A DNA stretch of 60,176 nt, from contig DASYTX010000096.1 of the NCBI GenBank assembly GCA_036001865.1, forward strand, positions 1-60,176. Direction: 5' to 3'. A program made the position numbers and the translations under genes. This document shows, piece after piece, positions 44,917-52,858 of the stretch (positions within the stretch are counted from its first letter, which is position 1; every line of letters begins with the position of its first letter). The notes under the pieces were generated by a model, which searched no databases, had not been told where the DNA came from, and saw only the letters and a list, made by a program, of their open reading frames with translations. The stretch is from Terriglobales bacterium (GTDB taxonomy: Bacteria; Acidobacteriota; Terriglobia; Terriglobales; Acidobacteriaceae).

Positions 44917-45191
44917 GGTTTCCCAGCACTCGCTAACAGCTTCGAGCGGGAACCTAGTCGAGCATTGTTTGCGGTGCCTGGGTGGCGTACATTGAGATCG
45001 GCTCTTAGCTTTTCTCCCGCCTCCTTGTCCCCAGGGTAGCTCCGCGATGCGCAGTGTTTGCTCAATATAGCGTGTGACCTTGGAGGTACCCACTACATAT
45101 TGCGCTACTTACGCTTGACCCTCGCACGGGTTCACCGCTACAGTTTAGCGGGTAGTTTGTCCCGGGCGGGGTTGTTCCCCAGGGGTGCACG

Positions 45192-48100
45192 TTGCTCAAA
45201 CTGAAGAAGCTGCAAATCATCGGGTTCAAGTCGTTCTGCGACCGCACTGAACTGAAGTTTTCCGGCGACGGTATCGCGGCCATCGTGGGTCCCAACGGCT
45301 GCGGCAAGTCCAACATTGCCGACGCCATCTGCTGGGTCCTAGGAGAACAGTCAGCCAGGACCCTGCGTGGATCGCGCATGGAAGACGTAATCTTCGCCGG
45401 CACTCGCGATCGCAAGCCCACCGGCATGGCAGAGGTATCGCTGACGCTCATCGATCCGGAGGCATACCCGGGCAGCGAAAACACCGAACCGGAAATCGAG
45501 ATCGTGGACGAGCTGCCGGAGGAGGAGTGGGACGAGGCCGGGCTGCGCACCGAGGCGGCGGCTGAAACGGAGCGTGTCACGCAGGAATCTCAGCCGGGGC
45601 AGACGGAAGACGTGCCTGGGGACGAAGGTGGAACTGAACCCACCGCACAAGCAGCACCGTCCGTCATCGAGAACACGGAGCACGATGCCGATTCGCACGC
45701 TGGCGCTGGAGCGGCATCACCCACTTCCAGCGTGGTGCTGAAGATCCGGCGACGCAAGTTCAATCACCAGGAACACAAGGCAGGACAGATCGTGGTCACC
45801 CGCCGCCTGTTCCGCACCGGAGAGAGCGAATACCTGCTCAACGGCAAGCTGTGCCGCCTCCGCGACATCCAGGAGATCTTCATGGGGACGGGCCTGGGCC
45901 CGGAATCCTACGCCATCATCGAGCAGGGTCGCATCGGGCAGATCCTCTCCAGCAAGCCCCACGACCGCCGCGCCGTCATCGAAGAAGCCGCCGGCATCAC
46001 CAAATTCAAGACCAAGAAGCGCCTTGCCGAACTGCGCCTGGAAGAAGCTCGCCAGAACCTGGCGCGCGTCAACGATATCTTCGAGGAAGTGACGCGCCAG
46101 ATGAATTCGCTCAAGCGCCAGGCGGCCAAGGCCGAACGTTACGCTCGGCTGCGCGACGAGATACGCGCCAAGTTGCGCCTGGTGCTCGCCAGCAAGTTCG
46201 CGCAGTTGGCGCGCCAGTGCGCCTCCCTGAATCGGGAACTTGAGCACATCTCCGAGGACATGCGCCAGCGCTCGGAACTACTGCAGCAGTTGGAATCGCA
46301 CCAAGGCGAACGCACGCAACGCGGCTATGCCATCGAGGCCGAGGTGCGCGCCAATGCCGAACGGTTGGGGGAAATCGCCCGCGAGACCGACCGCGCCACC
46401 TCGCGCCAGCGTGGCAATGAGGAACGCTGCGTAGACCTGGCCTTACGGGCCTCGGAGGCGGAAGCGGAGCTAACCCGCATCCTGGCGCAGGCGGAATCGC
46501 TGCACAGCGAAATCGCAACCCATCGCGGATTTTTCGAGACCGCAACCGCCGAGCTGCTGACGGCCCAGAACGAAGCCGCCGCGCGACAGCAGGAAGTCTC
46601 GGCCACGGCGGAAGCCCTGGCGGCCCTGGAACAGGAGCAGGAACGGCGCCGCGTCCAGATCCTGGAGAGTGCCGGGGCTGCCGCCGACGTTCGCAACCAG
46701 ATCACGCAGGCCGAGGAGCACGCCGCCGCTCTCGACCGCGAAGCGCAGCGCTTGCAACAGGAGATCACGGCAGCCAACGCCGAGGTCGAGGCATGTGGGG
46801 GGCGCCGCGGGCAACTGGCGCTCGAATCCGAGTCGGTGAACCAGCGCTTGTGGGCGCTTTCCGCGCAGATCGACGACACGCGTCGGATTCTGGAAGCCAA
46901 GCGTGCCGAGGAAACTGAAGGCAAGCGCCGCCTGGACAGCCTGCGCGCTGAATACGCCACTCTGCTGGGCCGGCGCGGCTCGCTAGAGGCCGTCATTGCC
47001 GAGCACGGCTACTCCACCGAGTCGGTGCGCCGCCTGTTCCAGTCCGAGGCGCTGCAGCGCCGCTTTGCGCCTGCCGGGGTGCTGGCTGACTTCCTCGATG
47101 TCGATGGCGAGTACGAGTCCGTAGTCGAAGAATTCCTGCGCGATGAACTCAACTACGTAGTGGTCAAGTCCTGGGACGCCGCTGACGAAGGCCTGCGCCT
47201 GCTGCGCAGCGACGTCGATGGCCGCGCCACCTTTCTCGTCCACCCCGAGGAGGCCCAGGCGAAATTCTCCTTTGAGTTGGATGAGTCGGGCCGCCCGGCA
47301 CGCAAGCGCGGGGCCATCGTCCCGCTGAAGAACTGCATTCGCGTGCTCAACGGTTTCGGCAAATCGCTGGAAGTGATCCTGCCGAAGCTGGGCCGCGGCT
47401 ACATAACGCCTGACCCGGCCATCGCCCGCGAGCTGGCATTGGAGAACCCCGACGCGTTCTTCCTCTCCCGCAGCGGCGAATGTTTCCACAACGTCACGGT
47501 TACGGGCGGCAAGCAGCGCTCCGAGGGACCGCTCTCGATGAAGCGCGAACTGCGCGAGGTCACGCGCCAGATCGCCGGGATCGAAGATGCCTTGCGCGAC
47601 CAGGAATACCGCGTGACCACCATTGCGCGTGAGATCTCGGAACTGGTCTCGCTGCTCGACCGGCTGGAACTGGACAAGCGCGATGCTGAGCGCGAGGCGC
47701 TGACCGCAAGCCACGCTCTCGAGCAGATTGAGTCGCAACTGGAACGCAGCCACGAGCGCCAGTCCACCTGCCGTCAGGAACTGGACCGCGTGCTCGCTAG
47801 CCGCGCCGAAAAAGAAACGTTGATAGCCCAACGCGCCGCTGAGGTCGCCGCCTGCGAGCGGCGACGGGCGGACCAGGAGCACGAGTACGCCGAGGCGCAG
47901 AACAGGCTGGCCTCGCTCAAAGCCGCGCGCGACACCGCCAGCCAGACGACCGCGGAGCTTGCTGCGCGCCTGGCCACGCTGGAGGAGCGGCGCAGCGGGG
48001 CGGCCACGGCCCTGGAGCGCATTGAGGCTGTCGCTGCCGATGTCAACACCCGCAGCGACGGCTTGCGGGCGCAGATCGCCGCAGCCGTACAGGAAAAGCA

Positions 48101-49094
48101 GCAGCGCGAGCAGGAAAACCTGGAACTCGCCAACCGGCTCACGACGCTGGCCAGCGAGCGCGAAACCGCGCAAGCGCGCGCTCTCGAGCTTCAGGCCGAG
48201 TCCGAGCAGGTGCGCGCGCGGCTGGCGGAGATTGAGCACGAGCTGCGCGATCTCAGGTATCAACTGGATGCCGCGCGCGACCGCCGCGGCGAGTTGGCCG
48301 CAGCCATCGCCAAACTCGACTCCGACCAGCAGCATATGGAGCAGACCGCGCTCACCGAGCTGGGCGTGAGTGCGGCCGAGCTTCAAGCTGATGAGGCCCT
48401 TAGTCGCGTAGAAGGCGAGCAACTCGGGATCGAAGAAGACGCCCACCGCGAGATGCGGGCGCGCCTGGAAGCCATGGGGCCGGTCAACATGATGGCACTC
48501 GAGGAATACAACGAAACTGCGCAGCGACACTCGTTCCTTACCACCCAGCGCCAGGACCTGCTCGAATCCATCACCAATACCGAGAACACTATCCTGGAAA
48601 TCGAGACCGTTTCCCGGCAGAAGTTCCAGGAAGCCTTTGACCGCATCAACGAGAACTTCCAGCAAACCTTCCGCAAGCTGTTCGGCGGAGGCGACGCCTT
48701 CATGCGGTTGACCGACGAGCAGAATACGGCGGAGAGCGGCATCGATATCGTGGCTTCGCCCCCCGGCAAGAAGCTACAGAACGTGCTGCTGCTGTCGGGC
48801 GGAGAGAAGGCTTTGACTGCGCTTGCACTGTTGGTGGGCATCTTCCAATATCAGCCTAGTCCGTTCTGCATCCTCGACGAGGTGGATGCGCCGCTGGACG
48901 ACGCCAACATCGGGCGCTTCACCGAGCTGGTGCAGGAGATGAGCGCGCGTACCCAGTTCGTGCTCATTACCCACAGCAAGAAGACCATGAGCATCGCCCC
49001 CATGCTCTACGGCGTGACCATGCAGGAACCGGGCATCTCCAAGCTGGTCTCGGTGCACTTGGGAGAGCCAGCCGTTAGAGCGGCCAGCGCCTAG
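45192..49094 (+). CDS. smc: chromosome segregation protein SMC
   Basis: Walker A is GPNGCGKSN, followed by long coiled coils and a hinge. The signature motif is LSGGEKALTALAL and Walker B is FCILDEVDAPLD. The TTG start follows AGGGG. Confidence 0.95.
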   Translation: MLKLKKLQIIGFKSFCDRTELKFSGDGIAAIVGPNGCGKSNIADAICWVLGEQSARTLRGSRMEDVIFAGTRDRKPTGMAEVSLTLIDPEAYPGSENTEPEIEIVDELPEEEWDEAGLRTEAAAETERVTQESQPGQTEDVPGDEGGTEPTAQAAPSVIENTEHDADSHAGAGAASPTSSVVLKIRRRKFNHQEHKAGQIVVTRRLFRTGESEYLLNGKLCRLRDIQEIFMGTGLGPESYAIIEQGRIGQILSSKPHDRRAVIEEAAGITKFKTKKRLAELRLEEARQNLARVNDIFEEVTRQMNSLKRQAAKAERYARLRDEIRAKLRLVLASKFAQLARQCASLNRELEHISEDMRQRSELLQQLESHQGERTQRGYAIEAEVRANAERLGEIARETDRATSRQRGNEERCVDLALRASEAEAELTRILAQAESLHSEIATHRGFFETATAELLTAQNEAAARQQEVSATAEALAALEQEQERRRVQILESAGAAADVRNQITQAEEHAAALDREAQRLQQEITAANAEVEACGGRRGQLALESESVNQRLWALSAQIDDTRRILEAKRAEETEGKRRLDSLRAEYATLLGRRGSLEAVIAEHGYSTESVRRLFQSEALQRRFAPAGVLADFLDVDGEYESVVEEFLRDELNYVVVKSWDAADEGLRLLRSDVDGRATFLVHPEEAQAKFSFELDESGRPARKRGAIVPLKNCIRVLNGFGKSLEVILPKLGRGYITPDPAIARELALENPDAFFLSRSGECFHNVTVTGGKQRSEGPLSMKRELREVTRQIAGIEDALRDQEYRVTTIAREISELVSLLDRLELDKRDAEREALTASHALEQIESQLERSHERQSTCRQELDRVLASRAEKETLIAQRAAEVAACERRRADQEHEYAEAQNRLASLKAARDTASQTTAELAARLATLEERRSGAATALERIEAVAADVNTRSDGLRAQIAAAVQEKQQREQENLELANRLTTLASERETAQARALELQAESEQVRARLAEIEHELRDLRYQLDAARDRRGELAAAIAKLDSDQQHMEQTALTELGVSAAELQADEALSRVEGEQLGIEEDAHREMRARLEAMGPVNMMALEEYNETAQRHSFLTTQRQDLLESITNTENTILEIETVSRQKFQEAFDRINENFQQTFRKLFGGGDAFMRLTDEQNTAESGIDIVASPPGKKLQNVLLLSGGEKALTALALLVGIFQYQPSPFCILDEVDAPLDDANIGRFTELVQEMSARTQFVLITHSKKTMSIAPMLYGVTMQEPGISKLVSVHLGEPAVRAASA

Positions 49095-49155
49095 CCCCGC
49101 CCCCAGCTACGTACCCCGTGCCGAGAGTGTGCTCTGCTGTTCTTGCCCTCCCTGA

Positions 49156-49184
49156 TTGACCCTTCGGCGCGCGGGGCGTATCCT
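49156..49184 (+). promoter_or_regulatory. sigma70-like promoter of the FTR1 operon
   Basis: TTGACC (49156-49161), a 17-nt spacer and TATCCT (49179-49184). Confidence 0.5.
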
Positions 49185-49203
49185 AGGGTGCTGCTGCCCT
49201 AGG
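49182..49203. promoter_or_regulatory. perfect 7-N8-7 palindrome overlapping the -10 element (candidate metalloregulator operator)
   Basis: The sequence is CCTAGGG-TGCTGCTG-CCCTAGG. Confidence 0.4.
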
Positions 49204-49213
49204 TGAAACTGAG

Positions 49214-50485
49214 TTGCAACTAGGGCCGCTGTCTCCCATGCTCGAGGCTCTGGTCATCACCCTGCGTGAGGGTGTCGAAGCCGCCCTCATCGTCGGCATC
49301 ACTCTTGCCTACCTGGCGAAGATCGGCCGTGCCGACCTGCGCAAGGTGGTGTTTGCCGCGCTGGGGACGGCGTTCGTAGGCAGCATCGCCGCCGCCATTG
49401 TGCTCTCCCGCGCGGCGGTAAATCAGGAGGCGTTTGAAGGCTGGGTGATGCTGGCCGCCGCTTTCTTCGTGGTCACCATGATCATCTTCATGGCGCGCGC
49501 GGCGCGCGCTCTGAAGGGTCGCATCGAAAACCGGGTAGGGATGCTGGCGGGCGCGGGGTCGCAGGTCGGCCTGTTCCTATTCATTCTCCTCATGGTCCTG
49601 CGCGAAGGCGCGGAGACGGTGCTGATTCTCTCCGCCGTCTCCTTCAACAGCAGCGCGCTGATGAGCCTGATGGGCACAGTTCTGGGCATCGGCTTGGCGG
49701 TGCTGTTTGGAGTGATGTTTGTCAAGGGCAGCGTGCGCATCAACCTGCAGAAGTTCTTCCACGTCACCAGCGTGATCCTGGTTTTCGTGGCGGTGCAACT
49801 GGTGGTCTCCGGTCTGCACGAACTCTCCGAAGCCAGCGTGCTGCCGTCGAGCAAGCGGGAGATGGCCATCATCGGTCCCATCGTGCGCAATGACATGTTC
49901 TTCTTCGTTACCATCCTTGCTCTGGCTGCGCTAATGATTCTCTTCGAGTACCGCCGCCGCGCTCCCGAGGCGGTGGCCGCCTCGCGCGCCGAGCAGCGCA
50001 AGGCCCAGTGGACAGCGCGGCGCGAGCGCCTGTGGATGGCATCGGTGTACGCCAGCTCCTTCGTCTTCATCATGCTGGTGACGGCCCAGTTCATCTACGC
50101 CAAGAGCACCTCTTCCCTGACGCCGGCCACGCCTGTGGTCTTGGTGGACGGCAAAGTCACGGTTTCGACGACACAGCTCCAGGTCGGACAACTCGAGCGT
50201 TACGTGGCCAATCTCGGCGGTACCGAGGTCCGTTTCTTCCTCTACCGCAAGCCGGACAACCAGGTCGCCGTGCTCCTGGACGCCTGCGAGATCTGCGGTG
50301 GCGTCGGCTTTTATGCCGGCAGCGCCGGGCTGATTTGCAAGAACTGCACCTCGCCCATCAATCCCATGTCCGTCGGCCAAGCGGGCGGCTGCAATCCCAT
50401 TCCGCTGAAGGCCCTCGTGGAGGCCGAGCGCGTGACCGTTACGCTGTCTGAGCTGTCAACCGGCGCCAAGCACTTCGGGAAGTGA
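49214..50485 (+). CDS. FTR1/EfeU-family iron permease fused to a C-terminal DUF2318-like Cys-rich domain
   Basis: Two REXXE motifs are present (ITLREGVEAAL and MVLREGAETVL) across about 7 TMs. An extra TM is then followed by ..DACEICGGVGFYAGSAGLICKNCTSPINP..GGCNPIPL. The start is TTG 49214 (after AGGTGA) or ATG 49238. Confidence 0.8.
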   Translation: MQLGPLSPMLEALVITLREGVEAALIVGITLAYLAKIGRADLRKVVFAALGTAFVGSIAAAIVLSRAAVNQEAFEGWVMLAAAFFVVTMIIFMARAARALKGRIENRVGMLAGAGSQVGLFLFILLMVLREGAETVLILSAVSFNSSALMSLMGTVLGIGLAVLFGVMFVKGSVRINLQKFFHVTSVILVFVAVQLVVSGLHELSEASVLPSSKREMAIIGPIVRNDMFFFVTILALAALMILFEYRRRAPEAVAASRAEQRKAQWTARRERLWMASVYASSFVFIMLVTAQFIYAKSTSSLTPATPVVLVDGKVTVSTTQLQVGQLERYVANLGGTEVRFFLYRKPDNQVAVLLDACEICGGVGFYAGSAGLICKNCTSPINPMSVGQAGGCNPIPLKALVEAERVTVTLSELSTGAKHFGK

Positions 50486-50489
50486 TGCC

Positions 50490-51755
50490 ATGTTCGCCCG
50501 TCTGGTCTATCAATCGTTCCTGCGGCAACGCCGGCGGAAACTGCTGGCCGGACTGGCGATCATGCTGGGGGTGGCGGTGGCCACCGCCATGATTGCCGTG
50601 GCCGCCGACATCGGTGACAAGATCAGCCGTGAACTGCGCACCTACGGCGCAAACATTGTCGTTTACCCGCAGGAAGACACCCTGGATGTGGAGATCGGCG
50701 GGATCAATCTCAAGCCGTCTAGCGACGGCGCCTTTCTAAAAGAATCTGACCTGCCCGCGATCAAGGGCACATTCTGGCGAAATAACATCGTGGGCTTCGC
50801 GCCTTTCCTGCCGCTGCGCGTTGACGTTAGACAAGGAACTGCGGTGAGACCTGTCGACCTCATCGGGACATACTTCTCTCGACGCTTACGCTTTGGCAAA
50901 GATGAGTTCGTCACGGGAGTGCGCAACACGCACCCGTGGTGGCGCGTCGCCGGCAACTGGCCCGACGACGCCAGCCGCGACGTGCTCCTGGGGGAAGACC
51001 TGGCACAGCGACTGGGCACGCAACCCGGTGACAAAGTGCAGATCGCCGGCCGCGAAATTCGGGTTGTGGGCATTCTGTCTTCTGGCGGCGCGGAGGACGG
51101 GGCTGTGGTAGCGCCTCTGAGGTTCGCGCAGGAGATCCTCGGCAGGCCCGACGCAGTGCGCCGTGTCCTGGTCAGCGCGCTGACCAAGCCTGAAGACGCG
51201 CTGGCTCGCCGCGATCCCGACACCATGGACCGCGAGACCCGGGACCGCTGGTACTGCTCGCCCTATGCAAACTCCATCGCTTACCAGCTCCAAGAAGCCA
51301 TCCCCAACGCGCGCGCCGAGCAGATTCGCCAGGTGGCACAGAACGAAGGCGTGGTGCTGTCCCGCATTAAGGGACTCATGCTGTTCCTGACCCTGGCTGC
51401 CCTGGGCGCTTCCGCGCTTGCCGTCTCGGCCGCCATGGCCACCGCCATCTTCGAGCGCCGGCGCGAGGTCGGGCTGATGAAGGCGCTGGGCGCAGGAAAC
51501 GCCTCGGTTGCAGCCTTGTTTTTTGCCGAAGCCGGGCTGCTGGCGATCGTGGGCGGGGCGGCGGGCTTTGCCGCCGGAGTTGGTATGGCGCAGCAGGTAA
51601 GCGCCTGGATCTTCAACTCGCGCGTGACCGTCCAGCCGGTGCTCTTCCCTGTTGTGCTGGTGGTTGCAATCCTCGTGACTTTCACAGGCAGCGTGGCTGC
51701 CATCCGGCGGGCGATGCGCTTTGATCCCGCCGTGGTGCTGCGGGGGGACGCATGA
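50490..51755 (+). CDS. ABC transporter permease, FtsX/MacB type
   Basis: An N-terminal TM is followed by a large extracytoplasmic MacB_PCD-like domain and a C-terminal FtsX 3-TM bundle (..EVGLMKALGA..). Confidence 0.85.
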   Translation: MFARLVYQSFLRQRRRKLLAGLAIMLGVAVATAMIAVAADIGDKISRELRTYGANIVVYPQEDTLDVEIGGINLKPSSDGAFLKESDLPAIKGTFWRNNIVGFAPFLPLRVDVRQGTAVRPVDLIGTYFSRRLRFGKDEFVTGVRNTHPWWRVAGNWPDDASRDVLLGEDLAQRLGTQPGDKVQIAGREIRVVGILSSGGAEDGAVVAPLRFAQEILGRPDAVRRVLVSALTKPEDALARRDPDTMDRETRDRWYCSPYANSIAYQLQEAIPNARAEQIRQVAQNEGVVLSRIKGLMLFLTLAALGASALAVSAAMATAIFERRREVGLMKALGAGNASVAALFFAEAGLLAIVGGAAGFAAGVGMAQQVSAWIFNSRVTVQPVLFPVVLVVAILVTFTGSVAAIRRAMRFDPAVVLRGDA

Positions 51756-52858
51756 ATTCGCGACGCAAGATGTTTCTTCTCATGCTGTCGCGCCCTCTGG
51801 TTGTGCGTCGCGGCAGGACGTTGACGGCGCTGCTGGCCGTCGTGGTTGCCGCCTCGGTCGCAACCGCCACACTGAACCTTTACACCGATGTACAGGCCAA
51901 ACTTCATAAAGAGTTCCGCAGCTACGGCGCAAATATTGTGATCGCCGCACGTGAAGGCAAGACGCTGCCCGATGATGCGCTGGCCAGGACAGAAGCCGCC
52001 ATCGCCGGCCGGGGCATTGCCGCGCCATTCGGGTATGTGGTCGCGCATACCACGAGCGGATCGCCCGTGGTTGTTGCAGGCACAGACGTGGAACGCGCTC
52101 GACGGCTGAACGGCTGGTGGTCCGTCACCGCCTGGCCACGGGCTTCCGGGGCTGCGCTTTTGGGTGCCCGTGCAGTGCAGGTGCTTGCGCCTGATGGCAA
52201 GCCGTTTGACCTCTCGTTCCGCGCACGCAAGTTGAGGGTCGCGCCTGCGGGTACGCTGCGCACCGGAGCAGGCGAAGACAGCCGCGTCTATCTTTCGCTA
52301 GCCGACTTTCAGCGCTGGACCGGCCTGAAGCCGTCCACCATCGAGGTCGCAATCACGGGATCTGCGGACGAAATAGCGACGATGATTCCGCGATTGGCAG
52401 CATCGTTGCCCGAAGCCCAGGCGCGGCCGGTAAGGCAGATCGTCGAAGCCGAGGCGCGGGTTTTGGACAAGGCACGCGCTGCATTCTGGGCCACCAGCGC
52501 CATCATTCTGCTCACGGCTGCGCTGTGCATGCTGGCCACCCTGACGGCCTCGGTGCTCGACCGACGCAAGGACTTCGCCGTCATGAAGGCACTGGGGGCT
52601 TCGAACCTCGCTGTAAACGCCTTGTTCGCAGCCGAAGCCGCGGCCATCGGACTGGTAGGCGCAGTATTGGGGTTTGGCATCGGGGTAGGGATCGCTGCCT
52701 GGATCGGCCGCGCCAATTTTCATGCCGCGGTTGTGCCGCGCTTTGGCATACTGCCTGCCGTACTCGGCGGAAGCGTGCTGCTGGGGCTGATTTCTGCCAC
52801 CTTGCCTATGTCGCTGCTTCGCAAGGTGCAGCCTGCGGCAATTTTACGAGGAGAGTGA
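51752..52858 (+). CDS. ABC transporter permease, FtsX/MacB type (second copy)
   Basis: The architecture matches the first permease (..DFAVMKALGAS..). The start overlaps the upstream stop and the stop overlaps the next start. Confidence 0.85.
   Translation: MNSRRKMFLLMLSRPLVVRRGRTLTALLAVVVAASVATATLNLYTDVQAKLHKEFRSYGANIVIAAREGKTLPDDALARTEAAIAGRGIAAPFGYVVAHTTSGSPVVVAGTDVERARRLNGWWSVTAWPRASGAALLGARAVQVLAPDGKPFDLSFRARKLRVAPAGTLRTGAGEDSRVYLSLADFQRWTGLKPSTIEVAITGSADEIATMIPRLAASLPEAQARPVRQIVEAEARVLDKARAAFWATSAIILLTAALCMLATLTASVLDRRKDFAVMKALGASNLAVNALFAAEAAAIGLVGAVLGFGIGVGIAAWIGRANFHAAVVPRFGILPAVLGGSVLLGLISATLPMSLLRKVQPAAILRGE

Noticed and set aside
46983-48665. A 560-aa ORF on the minus strand inside smc, plus several other long antisense ORFs at 45717..46247, 46325..46996 and 47774..48142
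   Set aside because: It lies entirely antisense to a gene with unmistakable SMC motifs. Its composition is dominated by Arg, Leu, Ala and Gly, as expected from reading high-GC coiled-coil codons backwards. No start context or motif was seen.
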